A DNA stretch of 64,000 bases, taken from Thermodesulfobacteriota bacterium (GTDB lineage: Bacteria > Desulfobacterota > Desulfobacteria > Desulfobacterales > SURF-7). The DNA is taken from positions 96,001 through 160,000 of the forward strand of contig JBMORA010000063.1 in NCBI GenBank assembly GCA_049320885.1, in the 5' to 3' direction. Both the position numbers and the translations under genes were made by a program. The notes beneath the pieces were generated by a model that ran no database searches, was not told the origin of the DNA, and was given only the letters and a program-made list of their open reading frames with translations. Of this stretch, positions 1-8,194 are shown piece after piece. The first letter of the stretch is position 1. Each line of letters opens with the position of its first letter.

Positions 1-542
1 CGGCGTTGATCAAAAGCCTCCAGCGCCGGGGGCGCCGCGGCGCCTTTCCGCAAAAGGCCTTCAAAATCGAGACTGCCGCCGTCCGGCGCCGATGCCAGCG
101 GTGAAAGGCAGACGACGAATTGCAGCGTGGGGATCTCCGGCTTTACCCTCAGGACCTGGGCCAGAAGTTCCATGTCGCCGGCGATGACGGCTTTGGCGCC
201 GCAGTCATTGAGAATGAACGCCAGCTGGCTGTCGGTGCTGGTGGGATAGATGGGAACCCCGACGGCGCCGGTCCCTTGAATGGCCAGATCCGCCATGATC
301 CATCGCGGCTGGTTGTGCGCGAACAATCCGATGCAGTCCGTTTTCTGGATTCCCATTTCCATCAGACCGGCGCCGGCATGCCGCGCCGCTTGGGCGGCCG
401 CCGACCAGGTGATGTCCGTCCATTGCCCGCAGGGCAGACCGTCGGCATCTTTCGCCCGCATGAAAACATCGCCGCCGAATCGTCCGGCCTGGATGAAAAA
501 AAGACCCACCTGGGAATTTTCCGTCTGATAAGCGTATGCCAT
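1..542 (-). CDS. Long-chain fatty-acid--CoA ligase (AMP-binding family), N-terminal part; runs off the window edge
   Basis: Not in the ORF track. ATG at 542 follows a GGAGG RBS. Manual translation MAYAYQTENSQVGLFF...WTDITW...GLMEMGIQKTDCIGLFAHNQPRWIMADLAIQGTGAVGVPIYPT...LAFILNDCGAKAVI matches the FadD-type N-terminus. Confidence 0.8.
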   Translation of the reverse strand, partial: MAYAYQTENSQVGLFFIQAGRFGGDVFMRAKDADGLPCGQWTDITWSAAAQAARHAGAGLMEMGIQKTDCIGLFAHNQPRWIMADLAIQGTGAVGVPIYPTSTDSQLAFILNDCGAKAVIAGDMELLAQVLRVKPEIPTLQFVVCLSPLASAPDGGSLDFEGLLRKGAAAPPALEAFDQR

Positions 543-648
543 GACTGACCTCCTTGTTCACCATCGGTGGCTTTGGTGATTTTCCATGCAGTTCGCGTTT
601 TCCGGCATTGATCTGAAGGTTGTTCAGTAAAACAATTTCATGAGATAT

Positions 649-664
649 TCAATAGATTTATTGA
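649..664. promoter_or_regulatory. Palindrome TCAATA-N4-TATTGA in the divergent intergenic region; candidate transcription factor site
   Basis: Perfect 6-bp arms in an AT-rich spacer between divergent genes. Confidence 0.35.
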
Positions 665-731
665 TTTTTTTTGTCACCTCCATTACAGTTACGCCATCCG
701 GAACACAATCGATCTTTTTTGTTTCCTGTTA

Positions 732-747
732 TGGCACCTGGATTGCC
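732..747 (+). promoter_or_regulatory. Sigma-54 promoter (-24/-12)
   Basis: TGGCACCTGGATTGCC fits TGGCAC-N5-TTGC with exact GG-N10-GC spacing, ~100 bp upstream of the kinase ATG. Confidence 0.6.
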
Positions 748-846
748 CCACCCGCTGGAATCCGTGCCAATGAATACGTCCCATCCGTTGAACCCTTCAT
801 TTCGGCGCGGATCCGAACCTGCCGGGAGAATTCAGTGGATCACCAG

Positions 847-2841
847 ATGAACGCCACGTTGCAAAAACCCTCCTACGAAGCTCTGGAAAAGAGAGTCCGG
901 GAACTGGAGCGCGCCGAGCATTCCCGGAAGTCCGCCGACGACCCGCTGGGGATCAGCTGGGAAATGTATTCTCTTCTGATGGAAACCGCGAGCGACATCA
1001 TCTGGGTATTCGATCTCGCCACCATGACCTATACTTTTTGTTCGAAGTCCGTGGAAACCATCCTCGGTCACCGGGTGGAGGACACCCGTGGCGCGACACT
1101 GGATATGGTCTTTTCCGGAGATACCAAACAGCACGTACTGGAAGCTTTCGGGAAGGTTATGATCGGAAAGGCCGATACCACCAAGGTTCTGCTGGAGGCG
1201 GAACATAAACACAGGGACGGCCGCCTGATCTGGATGGAAATCAATGCGGTGATGCAGAAAGACAGTTCAGGCCGGCCGTTATCCTTCATCGGCATCTCAC
1301 GGGACATAAGCCAGCGGAAGCAATCGGAAGAAGAATCCAGAAAACTGGCATCCGTCGTCCGCCACAGCCGGGAGCTCGTCAACATGGCGACCCCCGACGG
1401 CAGGATGTTCTTTCTGAACGACGCCGGGAAAAAAATGCTGGGGATTTCGGAAGAAGAAGTCCCGCGGACGAACATCATGAGCGTCATTCCCGCCCATTTT
1501 CGCGACAAGGTCCTGCAGGAAATCCTGCCGTCCATCCGGAAAAACGGTTATTGGGAAGGGGAACTCCAGTATCTCAATCTCAAGACAGGCCGTCTGAACG
1601 ATGTGTATGCCATAACCTATTCCATCGTCGATCCGAAAACCGGCGAATTGCAATTTCTGGCCAATGTCTCCCTGGACATCACGGATTACAAGCGGATGCA
1701 GGCCCAGCTGATCCAGTCCCAAAAAATGGAAGCCGTCGGCAGGCTGGCGGGCGGTGTGGCCCACGATTTCAACAATATGCTCGCAGTGATCATCGGCCGC
1801 GCGGAAACGGCGCTGATGAAGCTTTCGCCCGCGGATGGTCTCTACAAGGATCTGCTTGAAATCCAGTCAATCGGAAAACGCTCCGCCGAACTGACCAAAC
1901 AACTGCTGGGGTTCGCCCGCCGGCAGACCATCGCTCCCAGGGTGATCAACCTGAACCACGCGGTTGAAGGCATGCTCAAGATGCTGGGCCGACTGATCGG
2001 CGAGCACATCGAACTGCTGTGGAAACCCGCCGCCGAACTCTGGGACGTCAAGATAGACCCGGCCCAGATCGATCAAATCCTGGCCAATCTTATGGTCAAC
2101 GCCCGGGATGCCATCCAGGGACCGGGAACCATCGTCCTGGAAACGGCGAACATGGTCTGCGATGCCGGCTTCTGCGCCGCCAACGCCGATGTCGTTCCCG
2201 GGGAGTATATCCTCCTGGCCGTGGGCGATAACGGCGTCGGTCTGAACCAGGAGACGCTGGAAAAAATCTTCGAACCGTTTTTCACCACCAAGCCGACGGG
2301 TCACGGAACAGGGCTCGGCCTGGCCACGGTATATGGCATCGTCAAACAAAACAACGGGTTCATCAAGGTGCAGAGCGAGCCGGGATCCGGCACGACCTTC
2401 CGGATTTTTTTCCCCCGGTGTATGGGCCCCCCGGCTGAAAGGTGCATGCCGTCACCTGAAACACCGCCCGCCGGCGGTTCGGAAACGATCCTGATTGTGG
2501 AAGACGATCCGTCTATTTTGGAAGTTGCCGAAATCATGCTGAAAAAATTGGGATACGCTTTATTGACCGCCTCCACGCCGACGGAGGCGATGCGCCTGGC
2601 GGAAAAGGTCAGCGGGGAAATCCATTTGATCATGACCGACGTGGTGATGCCGGAAATGAACGGACCGGAAATAGCCGAACGCATGCAACGCCTTTTCCCC
2701 CGGATCAAAAGCCTCTACATGTCGGGTTACACCGCCAATGTGATCGCCCACCACGGCATTCTGGAAGAAGGGGTGCATTTTATCCAGAAACCCTTTTCAA
2801 TGAAGGAGTTGTCCGCCAAGGTGCGAGCAGCGCTGGCATAA
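847..2841 (+). CDS. Cytoplasmic hybrid sensor histidine kinase (2x PAS/PAC, HisKA, HATPase, REC)
   Basis: H-box GGVAHDFNN, N-box NLMVNARDA, F/G boxes FEPFFTTK..GTGLGL, receiver ILIVEDD...MTDVVMP. Start moved to MNATLQKPSYEALEKRV. Confidence 0.9.
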   Translation: MNATLQKPSYEALEKRVRELERAEHSRKSADDPLGISWEMYSLLMETASDIIWVFDLATMTYTFCSKSVETILGHRVEDTRGATLDMVFSGDTKQHVLEAFGKVMIGKADTTKVLLEAEHKHRDGRLIWMEINAVMQKDSSGRPLSFIGISRDISQRKQSEEESRKLASVVRHSRELVNMATPDGRMFFLNDAGKKMLGISEEEVPRTNIMSVIPAHFRDKVLQEILPSIRKNGYWEGELQYLNLKTGRLNDVYAITYSIVDPKTGELQFLANVSLDITDYKRMQAQLIQSQKMEAVGRLAGGVAHDFNNMLAVIIGRAETALMKLSPADGLYKDLLEIQSIGKRSAELTKQLLGFARRQTIAPRVINLNHAVEGMLKMLGRLIGEHIELLWKPAAELWDVKIDPAQIDQILANLMVNARDAIQGPGTIVLETANMVCDAGFCAANADVVPGEYILLAVGDNGVGLNQETLEKIFEPFFTTKPTGHGTGLGLATVYGIVKQNNGFIKVQSEPGSGTTFRIFFPRCMGPPAERCMPSPETPPAGGSETILIVEDDPSILEVAEIMLKKLGYALLTASTPTEAMRLAEKVSGEIHLIMTDVVMPEMNGPEIAERMQRLFPRIKSLYMSGYTANVIAHHGILEEGVHFIQKPFSMKELSAKVRAALA

Positions 2842-2892
2842 AATGCCGCAAGAGGGATTCCTGAAAAGCGGTTCCCTTAAGGAGGCGGCATT
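2842..2892. terminator. Imperfect hairpin between convergent genes; possible terminator
   Basis: Outer arms AATGCCGC / GCGGCATT with an imperfect inner stem. Confidence 0.3.
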
Positions 2893-2926
2893 CCTGTGGA
2901 TCCGGAAAAGAGGCGGCCCGGTCCGG

Positions 2927-3874
2927 TCAGGCAGGATTCGCCCGGACCACTCCGGCGGCGGCCATGATGTCCGGGACGGTCTCCTCCTTGCCGATGGCCA
3001 TGATGTGGACCCCGTCGCAGATCTTCTCCTCATGAATCCGCCGGATCATGCGGCCGGCGATTTCGATGCCCTTGGCCAAGGCGCCGCCCTTGGGCGCGGC
3101 GGCCATTTCGTCGATCAGTTCCTGGGGCACGTTGACGCCGGCGATGTTCTTGTTCATGAAGCGCGCCATGGGCGCGGAGGTGAGCAGGATGACGCCGGCC
3201 AGGATTTTCACCGGGAATTGGCGGGCGTACTCCATGAAGGCCTTGAGCCTGTCCAGATCATAGACCGCCTGGGTCTGAATGAATTCGGCGCCGGCCTCGA
3301 TTTTTTTTTCGAACTTGATCAGCTGGGGCTCCAGCGGCTCGGCCTCGGGTGTGACAATGGCCCCGGCGCAATAGGACACCTCGCCGTCCAGATCGTTGCC
3401 CCCCAGATCCTTGCCCTTTTCCAGGGTGCGGATGGCGGCCACCAGTTGGCTGGAATCCAGATCGAACACCGGTTTGGCCTGCTTGTGGTCCCCGAGCATG
3501 ACCGAGTCGCCGGTCAGACAAAGCACGTTGCGCACCCCCCGGCTCCAGGCGAACAAGAGGTCGGCCTGGAGGGCCAGACGGTTGCGGTCGCGGCAGGTCA
3601 TCTGCAGGATGGGCTCGCCGCCCTTTTCCTTCACGAGGAGGGCGCCTCCAAGGGAAGGATACCGCATCACCGAACTCTGGTGATCGGTGAGGTTCATGGC
3701 ATCCACCTTATCCTTCAGCAAATCGATGTGATGGGTCATCTTGTCCAAGTGGGCGCCCTTGGGCGGAGCCAGTTCACAGGTGACCACGAATCTGCCGGAA
3801 ACAAGCGCTTTTTTGAATTCAGAAACCATGGCTCGTCCATCCTTTTCCGAAACGGTTCGATTGACGATCGTCAT
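2927..3874 (-). CDS. metF: 5,10-methylenetetrahydrofolate reductase MetF (alternative start 3829)
   Basis: VVTCELAPPKG, MTCRDRNRLALQ, LCLTGD, KKIEAGAEFIQTQ, GVHIMA. ATGA overlap with the metV stop. Confidence 0.92.
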   Translation of the reverse strand: MTIVNRTVSEKDGRAMVSEFKKALVSGRFVVTCELAPPKGAHLDKMTHHIDLLKDKVDAMNLTDHQSSVMRYPSLGGALLVKEKGGEPILQMTCRDRNRLALQADLLFAWSRGVRNVLCLTGDSVMLGDHKQAKPVFDLDSSQLVAAIRTLEKGKDLGGNDLDGEVSYCAGAIVTPEAEPLEPQLIKFEKKIEAGAEFIQTQAVYDLDRLKAFMEYARQFPVKILAGVILLTSAPMARFMNKNIAGVNVPQELIDEMAAAPKGGALAKGIEIAGRMIRRIHEEKICDGVHIMAIGKEETVPDIMAAAGVVRANPA

Positions 3875-4527
3875 GCGTCGGCCTTATTTTCAAAATGGCC
3901 GGGTTTGGGCTCGCCCAGATAATTCCGGGGGCCGAAAAGCCGGCGCATGGAATCCAGCCGGTCCAACGCTTTCAGGCGGTTGTAGATCAGGGTCCAGGCA
4001 CAGTCCTTGTTCTTGTCGATCTCGCATTTACCCTTGTCGGTTCCACCGCAGGGACCGTTCACCAGGCCTTTGTGGCAGGAAGTGACCGGGCAGATCCCGC
4101 CGGTTTCGCCGATGATGCAGGTGCCGCACTGGGTGCAGATTTCCTGGAACCGGCCGGCGGCGGTTTCCTTGCCGATGAACAGCGTGTCCAGAGCCGGAAT
4201 GACATTCTTCCCGATCTGCCTGGCCAGGGTCTGGACGCCGAAGGCGCAGCTCATCACCAGCAGGGCCGTGGCCTGCTGAATGCCGGCGTCGCATTCCCGA
4301 AGCATTTCCAGGGTCAGGTTGTCGCAGGCCACCGGCACAACGGTCTGACCGGTGACCATTTTTCCGGCCTGGGACAGCCGTTCCTTCATGGCGGCCACCT
4401 GCTCCGTTCCGCCGGTGCGGGTGAGGGTCGCGCAGGTGCCGCAACCGATGATGAAAATGCGGTTGAAATCCGCCAGAAGCCGCGTCAGTTCCGCCTCCGG
4501 CTTGGGCTGGGTGATGGATCGAATCAT
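3871..4527 (-). CDS. metV: MTHFR accessory subunit MetV (Cys-rich Fe-S/Zn protein)
   Basis: GCGTCAT, CAFGVQ, CTQCGTC, GGICPVTSCHKGLVNGPCGG..GKCE..CAW. ATG at 4527 follows a GGAGAG RBS. Confidence 0.9.
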   Translation of the reverse strand: MIRSITQPKPEAELTRLLADFNRIFIIGCGTCATLTRTGGTEQVAAMKERLSQAGKMVTGQTVVPVACDNLTLEMLRECDAGIQQATALLVMSCAFGVQTLARQIGKNVIPALDTLFIGKETAAGRFQEICTQCGTCIIGETGGICPVTSCHKGLVNGPCGGTDKGKCEIDKNKDCAWTLIYNRLKALDRLDSMRRLFGPRNYLGEPKPGHFENKADA

Positions 4528-4531
4528 GATG

Positions 4532-7500
4532 TCATCTCCTCTCTTTCTCCAGGTCGCACCGCAGGCAGCGATAGGCTTCCCGACCGGCTTCCTCCGCGCT
4601 GACAAAGCCTTTTTCAACTTCGCGGAAGTCCCTGACGCGCTCACGCGGTTGCTCCAGTTCGACCTGTATGCGCGGTTTTTCCGCCGCTGATTCCTCCTCC
4701 AGAGCCAGACCGGCGTCGACGGGTGTGCGCGTTTTTTCGTCGATGATGGTGATGCGGCCCGTGTCACCGCTCAAAAAACGGTGAACGGCTATGGCCGCCC
4801 GTCGTCCCGAGGCGATGGCGGAGATCACGGTGCTGGGACCGGTGGTGAAATCGCCGCCGGCGAAAATACCGGGTACATTGGTGGACAAACGGTTGGCGTC
4901 TACTTCCAGGCTGCCCCAGAGGGAACGCTCGATCTGGCTGTCCTTGGAAAGAAAGGAAATGTCCGGGGCCTGACCGATGGCGATGATCACCGCGCCGGCT
5001 TCCACCTGCCGGATCTCGGTCTCGTCCAGGCTCAGGCGCGAGCGTCCGTCGGCGTCATATACGGTTTTGCTGCGCGCGAATTCCATGCCGGCCACCCGGC
5101 CGTTGTTCCGCAGGATGGATTTGGGCGCCCACATGGGATGAATGGTGATCCCTTCCTCCTCCGCCTCCTCGATGTCCTTGACCCAGGCCGGCATTTCCTG
5201 AACGCTTCGGCGGTAATAGATCTGCACGTCTTCCGCACCCATGCGCAGAGCCGTCCTGGCCGCATCCAGGGCCACATTGCCGCCGCCGATCACCAGCACC
5301 TTGCCGCCCAGGGGCACGGATTTGCCGGTGCGGACGGCCGTCAGGAACTGAAGGCCGTAATGCAGTCCCGTTACCCCCTCCCCTTCTCCGGCGATGCCCA
5401 TGCGCATGCTGGCCTGGGCCCCGGCGGCGATGAAGACCGCGCCGTACCCTTCGGCCATCAAATCATTGACCGTATGTTTGGCATCGATGGGAGCATTGTA
5501 GCGGATATCCACCCCGCAGTTTGCAATGTAGGCGATTTCCTGCTCGATGATCCGCCGCGGCAGCCGGAATTCCGGCACGGCGATCCCCAGCATGCCGCCG
5601 CCCCGGTCCTGGGATTCGAACACCGTGACCTTGTACCCCGATTTGGCCAGAAAATAGCCGCAGGTCAGTCCGGCGGGGCCTGCCCCCACCACGGCCACGG
5701 TCTGTTTTCGGGTGACGGGAAAGGGGTTCCGTTCGGGACCGATGTGCTCGAAATACCAATCCGCGGCAAAACGCTTCAGGGACCGTATGGCCACCGGATC
5801 ATCCAATTCGCCGCGCCGGCATTTGGTTTCGCAGGGATGGATGCAGATCCGTCCGCAGACGGCCGGAAACGGGTTGCGCTCCCGGATGATCTCCACCGCC
5901 TGCCGGTACTGGCCGCGGGCCACTGCCGCCACATAATTGGGGACATCGATGCCCGCCGGACAGGCATGCTGGCAGGCGGAAATGACCATGGCGTCGCAGA
6001 CGGCGCCGGAACAGCGATGTTCCCGGATATGATCCTCGTATTCCTTGGCAAAATATCGCAGGGTGGAAATGGCCGGCTTGGCGCAGGTCTGGCCGAGACC
6101 GCAGAGGGAGGTCTCCGTGACGGTGGCGCCGATTTCGCGGATGCGGTCCAGATCCGTCGGGTTTCCCTGACCGCGGGTGATGCGTGTCAGGATTTTCAGG
6201 AGCTGGGTGGTTCCCAGACGACAGGGCGCGCATTTGCCGCAGGATTCGGACTGGGTGAATTCCAGAAAAAAACGGGCGATTTCCACCATGCAGTTGTTTT
6301 CATCCATCACCACCATGCCGCCGGATCCCATGATGGCCCCGATCCGCTGGAGGGTGTCGTAGTCTATCGGAATGTTCAGATAATTGGCGGGCACACAGCC
6401 GCCCGAAGGTCCGCCCATCTGCACGGCCTTGAACTTCCGGCCCTTGGGAATCCCGCCGCCGATGTCAAAGACCACCTCGCGGATGCTGACGCCCATGGGG
6501 ACTTCCACCAGGCCGGTGTTGTTCACCTTTCCCACCAGGGAAAAGATCTTGGTGCCCTTGCTCTTTTCCGTGCCCACCTCACCGTACCAGGCGGCGCCGT
6601 GGTTGATGATCAGGGGGATATTGGCCCAGGTCTCCACGTTGTTGATATTGGTGGGTTTGCCGGCCAGACCGGCCTGGGCCGGGAAAGGCGGCCGGGCCCG
6701 GGGCATCCCCCGCTGGCCTTCGATGGAGGCCATCAGGGCGGTTTCCTCGCCGCAGACAAAGGCACCGGCCCCTTTTTTCAGGCCGAGATGGAAGCGGAAA
6801 CCGGTACCCATGATGTCCTCGCCCAAAAGCCCCAGGGATTCCATCTGCCGGATGGCGATGGTGAGGTGATCGATGGCGATGGGGTATTCCTCGCGCACAT
6901 ACACATAGCCGTATTCCGCGCCGATGGCGTAGGCCCCGATGAGCATGCCTTCCAGCACGGCATGGGGGTCGCCCTCCAGCACGGCCCGGTCCATGAAGGC
7001 TCCGGGGTCGCCTTCATCGGCGTTGCAGATGATGTATTTCGGCTTGCCCTCGGCTTCCCGGGCGAACCGCCATTTCTGGCCGGTGGGAAACCCCGCCCCT
7101 CCCCGGCCGCGCAGCCTGGCGGCGATGACCTCCTCGATGATCTCATCGGGCCGCATCCGGGTCAGGGCCTTGACCAGGGCCTGATACCCACCGGCAGCGA
7201 TATAGTCCTCGATATCGGTGGGATCGATCTGCCCGCAATTGGAAAGGACCCGGCGCACCTGCTTGCTGAAAAAGGGAATGTCCCGCTCCCGGGGGATTGG
7301 GGCCCGGGTATCCGGGTCCGTGTAGAGCAGACGCGGAACCTGTTCCCCCCGTTTCACGGTCAGGTTGACGATATCCGGCACGTCCCGGGGCTCCACCTGG
7401 TTGTAGAAAATATCCTCCGGCTCGATGTTCATCACCGGACCTTTTTCGCAGAATCCGCGGCAACCGGTTTTTTTGATCACGATCTGATCCGCAAGACCCT

Positions 7501-7663
7501 GAGCCGTGAGTTCCGCCTGCATGGCCTCGATGATCTTGAGGGAACCGCCGGCCCGGCAGCCGGTGGTGCAACAAATCTTGATGACGCGTTTTTCCTTCGC
7601 TTTCCTGTCCTTGACGGCATGGGCCAGGACGGTCAGATCTTCGGGAACTCGTATTTTTTTCAC
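4532..7663 (-). CDS. NuoF/HydB-like NADH/FMN subunit fused to a GltD/NfnB-like FAD/NADPH oxidoreductase
   Basis: N-terminal thioredoxin-like 2Fe-2S (CCTTGC..GCRGFC), LRGRGGAGFPTG, NADEGDPGAFMDR, GAFVCGEETAL, GGPSGG, ESCGKCAPCR, SLCGLG. Then CQHACP..CGRICIHPCE..CRR, GAGPAG, GGGNVALD, YYRRS, RCLRC. Confidence 0.9.
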   Translation of the reverse strand: MKKIRVPEDLTVLAHAVKDRKAKEKRVIKICCTTGCRAGGSLKIIEAMQAELTAQGLADQIVIKKTGCRGFCEKGPVMNIEPEDIFYNQVEPRDVPDIVNLTVKRGEQVPRLLYTDPDTRAPIPRERDIPFFSKQVRRVLSNCGQIDPTDIEDYIAAGGYQALVKALTRMRPDEIIEEVIAARLRGRGGAGFPTGQKWRFAREAEGKPKYIICNADEGDPGAFMDRAVLEGDPHAVLEGMLIGAYAIGAEYGYVYVREEYPIAIDHLTIAIRQMESLGLLGEDIMGTGFRFHLGLKKGAGAFVCGEETALMASIEGQRGMPRARPPFPAQAGLAGKPTNINNVETWANIPLIINHGAAWYGEVGTEKSKGTKIFSLVGKVNNTGLVEVPMGVSIREVVFDIGGGIPKGRKFKAVQMGGPSGGCVPANYLNIPIDYDTLQRIGAIMGSGGMVVMDENNCMVEIARFFLEFTQSESCGKCAPCRLGTTQLLKILTRITRGQGNPTDLDRIREIGATVTETSLCGLGQTCAKPAISTLRYFAKEYEDHIREHRCSGAVCDAMVISACQHACPAGIDVPNYVAAVARGQYRQAVEIIRERNPFPAVCGRICIHPCETKCRRGELDDPVAIRSLKRFAADWYFEHIGPERNPFPVTRKQTVAVVGAGPAGLTCGYFLAKSGYKVTVFESQDRGGGMLGIAVPEFRLPRRIIEQEIAYIANCGVDIRYNAPIDAKHTVNDLMAEGYGAVFIAAGAQASMRMGIAGEGEGVTGLHYGLQFLTAVRTGKSVPLGGKVLVIGGGNVALDAARTALRMGAEDVQIYYRRSVQEMPAWVKDIEEAEEEGITIHPMWAPKSILRNNGRVAGMEFARSKTVYDADGRSRLSLDETEIRQVEAGAVIIAIGQAPDISFLSKDSQIERSLWGSLEVDANRLSTNVPGIFAGGDFTTGPSTVISAIASGRRAAIAVHRFLSGDTGRITIIDEKTRTPVDAGLALEEESAAEKPRIQVELEQPRERVRDFREVEKGFVSAEEAGREAYRCLRCDLEKERR

Positions 7664-7705
7664 GCCGATCCTCCTTTGTGACGTCAGACCCAGCGGCTTC
7701 TCCGG

Positions 7706-8194
7706 CTATTCCCCCTGCCGGCCTTCCTTGCCGAAGTAGTTCAAGATACCGGCCACCTTGGGCGGCGAGAGCTTACCGAAATAGTCCCGGTTCACCATCA
7801 TGGTGGGCGCCAGGGCGCAGGCCCCGAGGCAGGCGGCCGATTCCAGCGTGAACTGATAATCCGGCGATGTTTCCCCTTCCTTGAGTTTCAGCTCCTGCTG
7901 CACCATCCGCAGGATGCTCCGGCCGCCCTTGACATGGCAGGCGGTTCCACAGCAGACCCGCATCACGAACTTGCCCCGGGGGGCGAGGGAGAATCCGGCG
8001 TAAAAGGTGATCACCCCCTGGACCTGGGAAGGAAAGATGCCCAGGGCTTCGGCTATCGGTTCCACGGATTCAGGCGGAATAAAACCGAAGGTTTTTTGAA
8101 TGTCCTGCAACAGGGGAATCAGCCCCCACTGCTCCTCCTTGCGGGATTCGATGAGAGCGTTCAGTTTCTGTTGATCGATTTCAGGCGGTTTCAT
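7706..8194 (-). CDS. NuoE/HydC-like 2Fe-2S subunit
   Basis: LIPLLQDIQ..FGFIP, VITFYAGF, CCGTACHVKG, ACLGACALAP. Confidence 0.92.
   Translation of the reverse strand: MKPPEIDQQKLNALIESRKEEQWGLIPLLQDIQKTFGFIPPESVEPIAEALGIFPSQVQGVITFYAGFSLAPRGKFVMRVCCGTACHVKGGRSILRMVQQELKLKEGETSPDYQFTLESAACLGACALAPTMMVNRDYFGKLSPPKVAGILNYFGKEGRQGE

Noticed and set aside
120..564. ORF-track calls 120..548 (+) and 205..564 (-)
   Set aside because: The real gene is in another minus-strand frame (acyl-CoA ligase from 542), which the track misses because it has no stop within the window.
4781..7681. 966-aa plus-strand ORF, and similar long ORFs at 11025-12428, 21232-23550, 24323-26014, 44432-46120, 46888-48387 and 61444-62922
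   Set aside because: Antisense shadows of well-supported genes in GC-rich DNA; no motifs or RBS.
4532..8194. Respiratory complex I (nuoEF) or glutamate synthase (gltD)
   Set aside because: No membrane nuo genes or gltB nearby; the fusion architecture fits a soluble oxidoreductase.
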